A stretch of DNA of 64,000 nucleotides from Corallococcus exiguus (GCF_009909105.1 NZ_JAAAPK010000002.1:541827-605826), one strand, 5' to 3'. Positions 35,018 through 45,516 are shown, numbered from the stretch's first letter. A program made the numbers and translations. The notes: generated by a model from the sequence alone, not told the origin.

Positions 35018-38000
35018 ATGCCCTCCACGCAGCCCATTGATCCCGCTGTCGCGATGCTGGCCCCGTACATGCCGGCGGCCATCCTCGCGCGGCTTGGGAG
35101 CCAGGATGCGGACGCGCTGCCCCGGGTGGAGGGCGTGCGGGGCGCCATCTTGCTGCTGGACATCGCGGGCTTCACGCCCATCGTGGTGGGGCTGAGCGGC
35201 GCGGGCCCTCGCGGCATCGACGCGCTCCAGCGCCTGCTGACGAACTACTACACGGAGATGATCGACGTCGTCCGCGACCACGGCGGGGACATCTACCAGT
35301 TCGCCGGCGACTCCATCCTCGCGTGCTTCGAGTCCGCGCCTGAGGAAGCGGACGCGGACGTCGTGCAGCGAGCGGCGGTGTGCGCGCTGGGCGTGCAGCG
35401 CAGGCTCGCGCGCTTCGCCCGGCTGGAGCTGTTGGGCCAGCGCTTCGGCGTGTCGTCGCGCATCGGCATCGGCTTTGGTGAGGCCACGCGCATCGTGATG
35501 GGCACCACCGGCCTGTGGATGCACCCGGCGCTCGTGGGAGAGCCGCTGGCGCAGGCGGTGGGCGCGGAGAAGCAGGCCACGGTGTCGGAGGTCGTCCTCA
35601 GCCCGCGCGCCTGGGCGGCGCTGCCGGAGTCCGCGCGCAGGGGCGACCCACGCGAGGGCGGCAACCACCGGCTGGCGCTCGACGCGCCGGTGGAGTCGGT
35701 GAAGCGCCCGCTGCCCGCGCCCACGGGTGGGGCGGAGCTGGTGGGCCGGTGCGCGCTGCTCCTGCACCCGGTGCTCTTCACGAAGATCACCACCGCGCAC
35801 CAGGAGTTCGCGGGCGACTTCCGCGACGTCACCTGCTTCTTCGTGCGCTTCACCCACGCGCGGGCGGACACGGATCCGGACGCGTTCACCCACGACCTCA
35901 ACGCCTACTACGAATACGTCCAGCGGGAGTCCGCCCACCACGGCGGCGTGCTGCTGATGACGGACTTCACGGACAAGGGCAACGTGCTCTACGTCCTGTT
36001 CGGCGCGCCCACCGCCCAGCAGAACAAGGAGGTGCTGGCGTGCCGGCTGGCCTGCAAGCTGCTCAAGGCCCGGGCGCAGTTCCCCTTCCTGGATGAGCTG
36101 CAGATCGGCATCGCCACCGGCCACGCCTACTGCGGGGACATGGGCTCGCCCACGCGCAAGGGCTACTCGGCGCTGGGCGAGGTCGTGAACATGGCCGCGC
36201 GCCTGATGACGCACGGCGGACACCAGGACGGCGTGCACCTGTGCGCCAACACCCAGGCGCGCTCGCAGCAGGGCGGCTTCGCCACGGAGTTCGTGGAGGA
36301 CGCGAAGCTCAAGGGCGTGTCGCGCTCGGTGCCGGTGTACCGGCTCTTGGGGGAGACGCGCCGCAGCCTCTTCATCAAGGGCCGGGGCGACATCATCGGC
36401 CGCAGCCGCGAGCTCAACGTGCTGCACGCGTCGCTCAACGCGGCCTTCGCCGGCCAGGGCCGCGTGAGCGTGGTGTCCGGCGAGGCGGGCATCGGCAAGT
36501 CGCGGCTGGGCGCGCGCGTGCTGGAGGACGCGGAGGAGGGCGGCGCCCGGGCGCTGTACGGCGTCTGCTACTCCTACGAGGCCTTCACCCCCTTCTTCCC
36601 CTGGAAGGAGGTGCTGCTCCAGGCCTTCGGTCTGCACGACTCGGACGACACCGAGGCGCAGCTCACGCGCCTGCGGCAGGGGCTGGACGGCCTGGAGGAC
36701 GTGGGGCCGGAGTGGATTCCCGTGGTCGCGGGCATCCTCGGCATGTCGCTGGAGGAGACGTCCGCCACGGCGGGGATGGACGCGCGGCGCAAGCAGCAGA
36801 AGGTGTTCCAGATCGTCTTCCAGCTCCTGGAGAAGCTCAGCCGCGCGCAGCCGCTGCTGCTCTTCTTCGAGGACCTGCACTGGGCGGACTACATCTCGTT
36901 GGATCTGCTCCAGTACCTGGCGGTGCGCGTGGGCTCGCACCGCATCATGGTGCTGGCGACGATGCGCCCGGGCGACCAGCTCCGCGGGCTGCGCGACCTG
37001 CCGGAGTTCGTCCCGGTGGACCTGACGAGCCTGGACGAAGAGGACACGCGGGCGCTCCTGCGCTTGCACCTGCGCCTGTCGCCGCCGGACGTCGCGCTGG
37101 AGGACCGGTTGCTCGCGAAGGTGCAGGGCAACCCGTTCTTCATCGAATCCATCGTGGAGGGCCTGGCGGAGCAGGGCTACCTGGGACCGGTGGAGCCCGG
37201 ATCGCAGCGGATGGAGCTGAAGCGCGGCCTCCAGGACCTGCTGCTGCCGGACTCCATCCAGGACGTGGTGCTGTCGCGCATCGACCTGCTCAGCGAGACG
37301 GAGAAGCTGGTGGTGAAGGTGGCGTCCGTCATCGGGCGCATCTTCACGCTGGACGCGGTGGCGGCGCTGGTGCCCACCCTGGGCCACGGCGTGCTGCGTG
37401 AGGCCATGGACACGCTCCAGCGCCTGGGCCTCATCCTGCTGGAGACGGAGGAGCCGTACACCTGCCTCTTCAAGCACATCGTCATCCGCGACGTGGCCTA
37501 CAACACGCTGCTGGTGTCGGCGCGTGAGGACCTGCACCGCCGGCTCGCGCGCTACCTGGAGGCCCGCGCCAACGACAACCTCGCGGCCTCCGCGGGTCTG
37601 CTCGCGTTCCACTTCCTCGCGGGGAACGTGGAGGACAAGGGCCTGGCGTACACGCTGATGGCGGCCCGCAGCGCGCGGGCGCAGTACGCGAACGACGACG
37701 CGCTCTACCACTACAACCGGGGACTGGAGCTGCTCGGCACCGTCGTTCCGGTGGACCCGGAGGTGACGCTGCTCCAGACGCGCCGGGTGATGCAGGAGCT
37801 GGCGGAGACGCTGCTCCAGGCGGGCCACTACGCCAACGCCATCCTGATGTTCGAGCAGTGCCTGGTGGACGAGGAGGAGCCCCCTCGCCAGGCGGAGCTG
37901 CACCTGGGCCTGGGCCGCGCGCACCAGGAGAAGGGCGAGTCCGCGCTCGCCACGCAGCACCTGGAGAAGTCGCTGGTGCTGAGGGGCCGCAGCCTCCCCG

Positions 38001-39304
38001 GGAGTCTGGCCGCGCTGGGCCTGCGCACGCTGGCGAACCTGGTGCTCCGGGGGCTCGCGACGCTGCTGCCCTTCATCTTGCGTCCGCTGCCGGCGGCGAG
38101 GCTGGGCAACTACCTGCAGCAGCTGTCCACGCTCAACTCGCTCATCCGCATCTACTACTTCGCGGACATCACCAAGCTCACCTGGGCGACGCTGGTGTCC
38201 ACCAACATGGCGGAGCGCTCGCGCAACGACTACGCCATGAGCATGGCGCGCGGTTACTACGGCACGCTCTTGTTCGGAGCGGGGCTGCTCAAGCGCTCGC
38301 GCTACCACTGTGAGAAGGCGCTGGAGTACGCGCGCCGCTCCAAGGACCCGGTGGCGGAGGGGCTCGCGCTCAGCCGCCTGGGCATCCAGGCCTTCTTCGC
38401 CAACGAGCTGGAGCGCGCGCGCGAATTCCAGGAGGAGGCCGTCTCCACGCTGCGCCAGGTGGGCGAGCGCTGGGAGCGCCAGACGTCGCTGATGATGCAG
38501 GCCACGGGCGAGTTCCTCCACTCGCGCTTCCGCACGGCGGTGGCGCTCTACGAGCAGATGGGGACCATTGGCGTGGAGCTCAACGCGCTGATGCACCAGG
38601 GCTGGGCGCACTCGTGGGCGCCCATGTGCCGCTACCTGTTGGGCGAAGGTGACGTGGGCGAATTGTGCGCGGAGCTGGAGCAGGGCCTGCGCATCAGCGA
38701 AGAGGTGGCGGACCTGGCCAACCAGTGCGCCAGCTTGAACCACCTGGCCAACGTCACGGTGCGCGAGCACCAGGTGGAGGAGGCGGCGCTCGTCGCGGTG
38801 CGCTGCTTCGAGAGCATCTGGAGCTATCAGGTGCTGGTGCCCTTCCTCCAGGTGGGGCTGGTGGACGCGGCGGAGGCGGCCCTCTTCGCGCTGGAGGAGG
38901 GCGCCACGGTGGTGCCGCGCAAGAAGCTGCTGAAGGTCGTGCGGCTGTCCTGCCTCAAGGCGCGCGTCATCGCGAGGCTCTATCCGTACCTGAAGGGTCC
39001 GGCGCTGCGCGTGACAGCGCGCTCGCTGGCCCTGCGCAAGGGACCCAAGGCCGCGGAGCCCGTGTTCCTGGAGGCCATCGCCGTCCTGGAGAAGAGCCCC
39101 AACCGCTGGGAGACGGGCGTGGCCTACTTCGACGCGGCGGTGGCGCTGCCGAACCGGCGCGAGGAGTTCCTCGCCCGAGCGCGCGCCATCTTCACGGAGG
39201 TGGAGGCCCGCGCGGAGCTGCGCCGCATGGACCGCTTCCAGGGCCACCCTCCAGGCCCCGCCGGTGGAGGCGCTTGTTGCTCCCCAGGCCTCAAGGTCCC
39301 GTGA
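35018..39304 (+). CDS. Giant signalling protein: tandem class III nucleotidyl cyclase domains, STAND/AAA ATPase and TPR repeats
   Basis: Two cyclase homology domains (ILLLDIAGFT...FAGDSILACF; FFVRFTH...LFGAP), a P-loop (VVSGEAGIGKSRL) and C-terminal TPR-like repeats. Confidence 0.85.
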   Translation: MPSTQPIDPAVAMLAPYMPAAILARLGSQDADALPRVEGVRGAILLLDIAGFTPIVVGLSGAGPRGIDALQRLLTNYYTEMIDVVRDHGGDIYQFAGDSILACFESAPEEADADVVQRAAVCALGVQRRLARFARLELLGQRFGVSSRIGIGFGEATRIVMGTTGLWMHPALVGEPLAQAVGAEKQATVSEVVLSPRAWAALPESARRGDPREGGNHRLALDAPVESVKRPLPAPTGGAELVGRCALLLHPVLFTKITTAHQEFAGDFRDVTCFFVRFTHARADTDPDAFTHDLNAYYEYVQRESAHHGGVLLMTDFTDKGNVLYVLFGAPTAQQNKEVLACRLACKLLKARAQFPFLDELQIGIATGHAYCGDMGSPTRKGYSALGEVVNMAARLMTHGGHQDGVHLCANTQARSQQGGFATEFVEDAKLKGVSRSVPVYRLLGETRRSLFIKGRGDIIGRSRELNVLHASLNAAFAGQGRVSVVSGEAGIGKSRLGARVLEDAEEGGARALYGVCYSYEAFTPFFPWKEVLLQAFGLHDSDDTEAQLTRLRQGLDGLEDVGPEWIPVVAGILGMSLEETSATAGMDARRKQQKVFQIVFQLLEKLSRAQPLLLFFEDLHWADYISLDLLQYLAVRVGSHRIMVLATMRPGDQLRGLRDLPEFVPVDLTSLDEEDTRALLRLHLRLSPPDVALEDRLLAKVQGNPFFIESIVEGLAEQGYLGPVEPGSQRMELKRGLQDLLLPDSIQDVVLSRIDLLSETEKLVVKVASVIGRIFTLDAVAALVPTLGHGVLREAMDTLQRLGLILLETEEPYTCLFKHIVIRDVAYNTLLVSAREDLHRRLARYLEARANDNLAASAGLLAFHFLAGNVEDKGLAYTLMAARSARAQYANDDALYHYNRGLELLGTVVPVDPEVTLLQTRRVMQELAETLLQAGHYANAILMFEQCLVDEEEPPRQAELHLGLGRAHQEKGESALATQHLEKSLVLRGRSLPGSLAALGLRTLANLVLRGLATLLPFILRPLPAARLGNYLQQLSTLNSLIRIYYFADITKLTWATLVSTNMAERSRNDYAMSMARGYYGTLLFGAGLLKRSRYHCEKALEYARRSKDPVAEGLALSRLGIQAFFANELERAREFQEEAVSTLRQVGERWERQTSLMMQATGEFLHSRFRTAVALYEQMGTIGVELNALMHQGWAHSWAPMCRYLLGEGDVGELCAELEQGLRISEEVADLANQCASLNHLANVTVREHQVEEAALVAVRCFESIWSYQVLVPFLQVGLVDAAEAALFALEEGATVVPRKKLLKVVRLSCLKARVIARLYPYLKGPALRVTARSLALRKGPKAAEPVFLEAIAVLEKSPNRWETGVAYFDAAVALPNRREEFLARARAIFTEVEARAELRRMDRFQGHPPGPAGGGACCSPGLKVP

Positions 39305-39398
39305 CGCTCGCGTGATGTGACGCGCCTGACGCATTCCTTGTCCCGTCAGGCGGGGCCCCTAGACTGCGTGCTTCTCCTTCGACCTCACGCACCGGGCC

Positions 39399-40229
39399 AT
39401 GATCACCGCGCCGCTTCGCTTCCAGCTCAGTCCCGTCATCGTCATCTACATGCTCGTGGTCCACGGGCTGGCCGCGCTGGCGTTCTTCCTGCCCTGGCCG
39501 CCGTACGCGCTGCCGGTGGCGCTGGCCGTGTACGTGTCCATTGGCCTGGGCACGACGGTGGGGCTGCACCGGCTCCTGTGCCACCGCGCCTTCGCGTGCC
39601 CCCGCTGGGTGGAGTACGCGCTGGTGTCGGTGGCCATGCTCACCGCGCAGGGCAGTCCGCTCCTGTGGGCCGCGAACCACCGGCTGCATCACGCGAAGGC
39701 GGACGTGGACGGGGACGTGCACTCACCGCTGCGCGGCTTCTGGTACGCGCACATGGGGTGGATCCTCAACGAGTCCTCCACGGAGGAGGACGGCTGGCGC
39801 ACCTGGTGCCGCGACATGGCGGACGACGGCTACTACCACTGGCTCTTGCGCTACCGCATCGCGCCGCAGGTGCTGGGGGTGCTCTTCGTGGGGCTGACGT
39901 TCGGCTGGCGCACGGTGCCCGCGTACTTCTTCCTGCCCGTGGTGTGCTGGATGCAGAGCACCTACGCGGTGAACTCCGTGTGCCACGCGGCGTTCGGCGA
40001 GCGCGTCCACGACACGCGCGACCACAGCCGCAACGTGTGGTGGGTGAGCGTGCTCGCGCTGGGCGAGGGCTGGCACAACAACCACCACGCCTTCCCCGCG
40101 TCCGCGCGGCACGGTTGGGTGTGGTGGCAGTGGGACCCGGGTTGGCTCTTCATCCGAGCGCTCCAGGCCCTGGGGCTGGCGTGGGACGTGCGCCTGCCGT
40201 CCCGGCTCAGGTCAGGACCTGCGGCGTGA
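39399..40229 (+). CDS. Acyl-CoA/acyl-lipid delta9-type fatty-acid desaturase
   Basis: Three His boxes (HRLLCH, HRLHH, HNNHH) and 4 TM helices. Confidence 0.85.
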   Translation: MITAPLRFQLSPVIVIYMLVVHGLAALAFFLPWPPYALPVALAVYVSIGLGTTVGLHRLLCHRAFACPRWVEYALVSVAMLTAQGSPLLWAANHRLHHAKADVDGDVHSPLRGFWYAHMGWILNESSTEEDGWRTWCRDMADDGYYHWLLRYRIAPQVLGVLFVGLTFGWRTVPAYFFLPVVCWMQSTYAVNSVCHAAFGERVHDTRDHSRNVWWVSVLALGEGWHNNHHAFPASARHGWVWWQWDPGWLFIRALQALGLAWDVRLPSRLRSGPAA

Positions 40230-41622
40230 GGCCCAGCGCGGGCATCCGCTCCGCGTCCCACGCCTCGATGGCGTCCAGCCCCGCGATGTAGCGGCGCTCC
40301 TTGTTCTTCACCGGGTTGCGGATGCTGACGATCTCCGGCCCGGAGAAGAGGATGGTCTGCTTGTAGCGGGGCAGGTCGCTCATCATCAGCTTGGACGCGT
40401 AGTGCCGCGCGATGTTGGGCAGGCTGCCCAGCGTGTGGCACAGCCGCTGGAAGTGCTCCACCACCTCCGACGCGTGCATCTGCTTGGGCCGGTGGCACAG
40501 CGTGTAGCCGTCGTAGTCGCGGCTGGTGGTGCCGGGCAGCAGCCGGTCCTCGGCCTTGAGCTCGCGGAAGAAGGGCGTCTCCGGATACGGGCACACGATG
40601 CCCAGGAACGTGACGGAGAAGTACTTCAGGTCCGCCAGGTAGTCCGGCAGCCGGTGCAGGTACTCGTTGGTGTCTCCGTCCGAGCCGACGATGAGCCCGA
40701 AGGACAGCAGGATGCCGGCGGAGAAGACGCGGCGGATGACGGCGTCCACCTCCGACAGCTTGTTCTGGCCCTTGTTCATTGCCTTGAGCGACTCCGGGTT
40801 GAGCGACTCCAGGCCGGTGTAGACGTAGCGGCAGCCCGCCTTCGCCATCAGCTTCACCAGCGAGTCGTCCTTGAGCACGTTGAAGGTGAGCGCGCAGCCC
40901 CACGTCTTCTTCAGGGGGATGAGCGCTTCACACAGCGCGCGCAGGTACTTGGGCGAGCCGCCCAGGTTGTTGTCCAGGAAGACGAACGCGTCCCCCATCA
41001 GCCCCAGGAAGTTCGGGTTCCAGCGCATGCGCGTCTGGATTTCGTCGATGACCTCCGGGATGGGCCGGAAGCGATAGCGCTCGTGGCCGGTGAGCACGCA
41101 GAAGTTGCACGTGAAGGGGCATCCGCGCGACGCCTCGATGCCCGGCAGGCGCACCTTGTTGTGCGTGAAGTCGATGAGCTCGTAGCGGTACGGCCGGATG
41201 GCGGCGGCGCCCTGCGACGGCAGGCTGTAGCGGGGCTTCAGCTCGCCCTTCTCGAAGTCCGCGATGAGCGCGGGCACGTTGGACTCCGGCTCCCCGGTGA
41301 TGACCGCGTCGAAGTACTTGGCCGCGTCGTCGGGGAAGTGGCCCGCGTGCCGGCCTCCCGCCACCGTCGTCATGCCGCGCTGACGGAAGAGGGTGGAGAG
41401 GACCTTGGTGTGCTCGTAGTACGAGTGCAGGTACGAGAAGAAGACGAGGTCCCAGTGCCGGTCCAACGGCAGCTCCGCCTCCTTCTCGTTGAAGATCTCC
41501 ACCTCCGCGTGCTCCGGGCACAGGCCCGCGATGAGCTCCGGCACGGAGGACTGCATGATGGAGGGTTCCTTGATTCGCAGCCGGGTCGGATGGGTGTACG
41601 TGGCGATGATGGCGATGCGCAT
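40207..41622 (-). CDS. B12-binding-domain radical SAM protein
   Basis: N-terminal B12-binding-like domain and a CPFTCNFC (CX3CX2C) radical SAM motif. Its 3' end overlaps the desaturase gene by 23 bp. Confidence 0.85.
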   Translation of the reverse strand: MRIAIIATYTHPTRLRIKEPSIMQSSVPELIAGLCPEHAEVEIFNEKEAELPLDRHWDLVFFSYLHSYYEHTKVLSTLFRQRGMTTVAGGRHAGHFPDDAAKYFDAVITGEPESNVPALIADFEKGELKPRYSLPSQGAAAIRPYRYELIDFTHNKVRLPGIEASRGCPFTCNFCVLTGHERYRFRPIPEVIDEIQTRMRWNPNFLGLMGDAFVFLDNNLGGSPKYLRALCEALIPLKKTWGCALTFNVLKDDSLVKLMAKAGCRYVYTGLESLNPESLKAMNKGQNKLSEVDAVIRRVFSAGILLSFGLIVGSDGDTNEYLHRLPDYLADLKYFSVTFLGIVCPYPETPFFRELKAEDRLLPGTTSRDYDGYTLCHRPKQMHASEVVEHFQRLCHTLGSLPNIARHYASKLMMSDLPRYKQTILFSGPEIVSIRNPVKNKERRYIAGLDAIEAWDAERMPALGLTPQVLT

Positions 41623-41843
41623 GCGTGCGGGCCCGGCGGCGGCGCGGACGAAACGAGGCGCGCTCGCATTCGTGTTTTCACCTGCCGGACCGCGTCCCCC
41701 TTCGTCGGCGGAGGATCACCCGGAGTCCGGGCGGTGGCAAAGGATCTCCATCGCACGCGCCGCACTCCGCGTGTTTCCGGTGGCAGCGGACGACCCAGGA
41801 GGACCTATCTCGTGTGGGGGCCGTGCTGATAGATCTTTGAAAC

Positions 41844-43631
41844 ATGGATACTTCTCCTTCGCCAGCCGCCCCGGGTTGGCCGTTTAAGCGCTACTTCTGG
41901 ATTTCCATCGTGTTCGCGGTGGCGCTGGGCTCGCTCGCGTTGCGCTCGGGATTCATGCCGGATGACTTCATCTGGCTGGGCGTCTGGGACAACATTCCGC
42001 CGCCCGCGCCGCTGGGGAACACGCCCCTGGACGTGTACCGCACGGCCACGGGCATCCCGGAGCACACGCTGCACCTGGCGCAGGTGGGCGTCTTCCCGTG
42101 GTGGGTGGAGCCCACCGTGCGCGTCGCGTTCTTCCGGCCCCTGGGCAGCCTGCTCTACGGACTGGACCACGTGCTCTACAACCGCGTGGCGGTGGCCTAC
42201 CAGTTCCACTCGTTGCTCTGGTACGTGGGCCTGGTGGTGCTGGCGGGCGTGCTGCTCAAGCGCGTGCTGCCCACGGCGGTGGCGGGCGTGGCGATGTTCC
42301 TCTTCGCCATCTGGGGCTCGCACGCGGCGGTGCTGGGCTGGCTGTCCTACCGCAGCGTGGTGATGTCGCTGCTCTTCGGCGTCCTCGGCATCTTCCTCCA
42401 CGTGAAGTGGCGGGAGGAGAAGCGCACGAGCACCCTGGTGGGCGCGCTGGTGTCCTTCGCGCTGGCGCTCCTGTGCGGCGAGACGATGGTCATCCTCAGC
42501 CCGTACGTGCTGGCCTACGAGGCCTTCTCCGGCCCGGGGCAGGCGAAGGACAAGCTCAAGGGGCTCATCCCCTTCGGCGTGCTGATGGCCATCTACTTCG
42601 CGGCGTACCGGGCCATGGGCTACGGCGCGGGCGGCTCGGACATGTACCTGGACGCCCTGGGCACGCCCGTGGCGTGGTTCCAGGCGATGCTCGGGCGCGT
42701 CCCGGCCGCCATCGCGGGCCTGACGCTGAACGCGCCTCCGGACTTCATCTTCGACCAGTCCCTGGTGCCCCTCTTCACCCTCCTGGGCGCGGTGGGTTTC
42801 ACGCTGTTCGCGCTGCTGGTGTGGGGCGTGTGGCCCCGGCTGGAGTCCGCGGAGCGCCGCACGGTGGGCTGGATGCTGACGGGCGCGTTCGTGGCCACGT
42901 GGATGTCCAACTCCGCCTTCGCCGGCTCGCGCACGCTCATCGTGCCCAGCCTGGGCATGGCGGTGGGCCTGGCCGTGGTGCTGCGCCACGCGTGGAAGGG
43001 GCGGGCGAAGACGTTCCGCGCGGGCGCGGTGCTGGCCGGCGCGGCGCTGATGGCGCTCATCCACGTCGTGGGCTCGCCGTACCTCTGGTGGCAGACCATG
43101 GAGCAGTACTCCCAGGCGGACGCGCTCATGGGCCGCGTGCAGGCGCGCTACGAGGAGGCGTTTGACCAGACGAAGCTCTCCAATCAGCGCGTGGTGGTGC
43201 TCAACGCCCCCAACGGCATCATCGGCATCTACGGCTCCGTGCGCTGGTGGTCCTCGGGCAATCCGCTGCCGAAGGCCTGGTGGGTGCTGTCCTATTCGCT
43301 CTATGAGCAGAAGGTGACGCGCACCGGCCCCAACTCGGTGGAGCTGGAGCTCACCAAGGGCGGCCACTTCCTGGACTCCGTGGAGGAGCGCATCCACCGC
43401 GCCGCGCGCCACCCGGTGCACAAGGGCGACGAGTTCGACATGAAGGGCATGATGGTGCGCATCGAGGAGGCGGACGCGGAGGGACCCACGCGCATCTCCT
43501 ACACCTTCGATGTGCCGCTCGAGGACCCGTCGCTGAAGCTGGTCCAGTGGCAGAACAAGAAGGTGGTGCCCTGGGTGCCGCCGGCCGTGGGTGGACCGTC
43601 GTCGTCCCTCAACGTCCGGGTCGTGCAGTAG
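41844..43631 (+). CDS. Polytopic membrane protein with a C-terminal soluble domain (function unknown)
   Basis: About 10 predicted TM helices followed by a roughly 180-aa hydrophilic C-terminus. Confidence 0.6.
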   Translation: MDTSPSPAAPGWPFKRYFWISIVFAVALGSLALRSGFMPDDFIWLGVWDNIPPPAPLGNTPLDVYRTATGIPEHTLHLAQVGVFPWWVEPTVRVAFFRPLGSLLYGLDHVLYNRVAVAYQFHSLLWYVGLVVLAGVLLKRVLPTAVAGVAMFLFAIWGSHAAVLGWLSYRSVVMSLLFGVLGIFLHVKWREEKRTSTLVGALVSFALALLCGETMVILSPYVLAYEAFSGPGQAKDKLKGLIPFGVLMAIYFAAYRAMGYGAGGSDMYLDALGTPVAWFQAMLGRVPAAIAGLTLNAPPDFIFDQSLVPLFTLLGAVGFTLFALLVWGVWPRLESAERRTVGWMLTGAFVATWMSNSAFAGSRTLIVPSLGMAVGLAVVLRHAWKGRAKTFRAGAVLAGAALMALIHVVGSPYLWWQTMEQYSQADALMGRVQARYEEAFDQTKLSNQRVVVLNAPNGIIGIYGSVRWWSSGNPLPKAWWVLSYSLYEQKVTRTGPNSVELELTKGGHFLDSVEERIHRAARHPVHKGDEFDMKGMMVRIEEADAEGPTRISYTFDVPLEDPSLKLVQWQNKKVVPWVPPAVGGPSSSLNVRVVQ

Positions 43632-43685
43632 GGCAGGGCAGCAGCAGGTGGCGCGGGGGACTGCTCCCCCGCGCCCGGGCTTTCT

Positions 43686-44711
43686 TCAGCCCACCATCCG
43701 AACCACGGCCAGCGTGATTCCGTAGACGATGACGGACACCAGCGCGGCCGCGGGGATGGTGAACACCCACGCCCAGATGATGCGGCCGGCGGTGCCCCAC
43801 TTCACGGCCCGCCAGCCGCGCGTGGAACCCACGCCGACGATGGCGCCGGTGATGGTGTGCGTGGTGGAGACGGGGATGCCCAGCTCCGCCAGCGCGATGA
43901 TGGTGACGCCGCCGCCCGTCTCCGCGCTGAAGCCGCCAATGGGCGCCAGCTTCGTGAGGCTGTGGCCCATGGTGCGGATGATGCGCCAGCCGCCGAAGAA
44001 CGTGCCCATCGCGATGGCGGCGTGGCAGGAGATGATCATCCACCAGTCGATGTGGAACGGGCGGTCGCGCCAGATGGTGCCGAAGAGCACCACCGCGATG
44101 ATGCCCATGACCTTCTGCGCGTCGTTGGTGCCGTGGCTGAAGGAGAAGATGGCGGACGACACCAGCTGCAGCCGGCGGAACCAGGTGTCCACGCGCAGCG
44201 GCGTCTGACGGTGCACCGCCCAGGTGCTGGCCAGCATCATCCCGATGCCCAGCGTCATGCCGATGAGCGGCGACAGCACGATGAAGGCCGCGATGCGCGC
44301 GATGCCGCTGCCCACCAGGCCCTCGAAGCCCAGCACGGGCAGGGTGGCGCCAATCATCCCGCCCGCCAGCGCGTGCGACGACGACGAGGGCAGCCCCCAC
44401 CACCAGGTGAGCAGGTTCCAGACGATGGCGCCCATCAGCGACGAGAAGATGACCATCAGCACCGCGGTGGGGCCGGCGGCGCGGAGCATCTCGAAGTTGA
44501 TGATGCCCTTGCCCATGGTGTTGGCCACGTGCACGCCGCCCGCGAAGGCCGCGATGAAGTTGAAGAACGCGGCCCAGGCGACAGCCAGGTTCGGCGACAG
44601 CACGCGCGTGGACACCACGGTGGCGATGGAGTTCGCCGCGTCGTGGAAGCCGTTGATGAAGTCGAAGATGAGCGCGACGATGACGATGGCGACGACCGCT
44701 GCGAGCAGCAT
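43686..44711 (-). CDS. Inorganic phosphate transporter, PiT family
   Basis: Paired GANDVANA-like motifs (FINGFHDAANSIA... and FSHGTNDAQK). Confidence 0.9.
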   Translation of the reverse strand: MLLAAVVAIVIVALIFDFINGFHDAANSIATVVSTRVLSPNLAVAWAAFFNFIAAFAGGVHVANTMGKGIINFEMLRAAGPTAVLMVIFSSLMGAIVWNLLTWWWGLPSSSSHALAGGMIGATLPVLGFEGLVGSGIARIAAFIVLSPLIGMTLGIGMMLASTWAVHRQTPLRVDTWFRRLQLVSSAIFSFSHGTNDAQKVMGIIAVVLFGTIWRDRPFHIDWWMIISCHAAIAMGTFFGGWRIIRTMGHSLTKLAPIGGFSAETGGGVTIIALAELGIPVSTTHTITGAIVGVGSTRGWRAVKWGTAGRIIWAWVFTIPAAALVSVIVYGITLAVVRMVG

Positions 44712-44712
44712 C

Positions 44713-45339
44713 TCAGCTGTGCTCCAGCACGACGCCCTCGATGACGTTGGCCACGCCCTGGCACTTGTCCGTGGCCGTCTCGATGAGGTCGTAGATCTCC
44801 TTCCACTTGATGATGGTCAGGGTATCCACGCCGCTCTTGAACAGCCGGCCCATGCCCGCGCGCAGCGCCTCGTCCGCCTGGGACTCCAGGTGCTTGATCT
44901 CCTTGCAGCCCGCGAGGATCTGCTCCGGCTTCTTGATGAGCCGCAGCGCCGCGACGACCTCCTGCACCTTCAGCGTGGAGAGCACCAGCAGCCGCGCCAG
45001 CTCCGTGGCGTCCGCCCGGGTGGATTCGATCTCGTAGTACAGCAGGCGCGCCGCCGCCGCGTTGGTCAGGTCCAGCACGTCGTCGATGCGCGACAGCAGC
45101 GTGTGGATCTGCCCCCGGTCGAACGGGGTGATGAACTGCTGGTGGAGGCGGTTGAAGGCCGTGTGGGTGACCTCGTCGCCCTTGTGCTCCACGTCCTTGA
45201 GGGCCTGGACGCGCGTGGGCACGTCCCGGAAGTCGCTCAGGAGCTCGTGTAGGAGCTTTGCTCCCTCGACAGTTCTGGCGCATTGCGCGTCGAAGTCGTC
45301 GAAGAACTCGTCCGACTTCGGCATCAGCTTTTCGAGCAT
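44713..45339 (-). CDS. DUF47-family (PhoU-like) Pit accessory protein
   Basis: About 208 aa, helical, immediately upstream of PiT. This is the classic pairing. Confidence 0.85.
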   Translation of the reverse strand: MLEKLMPKSDEFFDDFDAQCARTVEGAKLLHELLSDFRDVPTRVQALKDVEHKGDEVTHTAFNRLHQQFITPFDRGQIHTLLSRIDDVLDLTNAAAARLLYYEIESTRADATELARLLVLSTLKVQEVVAALRLIKKPEQILAGCKEIKHLESQADEALRAGMGRLFKSGVDTLTIIKWKEIYDLIETATDKCQGVANVIEGVVLEHS

Positions 45340-45516
45340 GGGGATCTCCCTCGGCGCCTGGAGGGACAGGAGCTGTCAGCCGCGGGAGGGTGGTGGCGCC
45401 TCTAGGGGGTGACACTCCCGTGACGCGGGAGTGACTACCCTACCTGGAGAGATTCGCCAGTGTTCCGTGCGAAAACGCACGGATTCCAAGGGGTTGCGCT
45501 TGACGCAGGCCGCCGC

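Noticed and set aside
35012-39334. 1440-aa minus-strand ORF antisense to the cyclase-STAND-TPR gene
   Set aside because: Low-complexity, Arg/His/Gln/Leu-rich translation. The plus-strand frame carries conserved cyclase and P-loop motifs.
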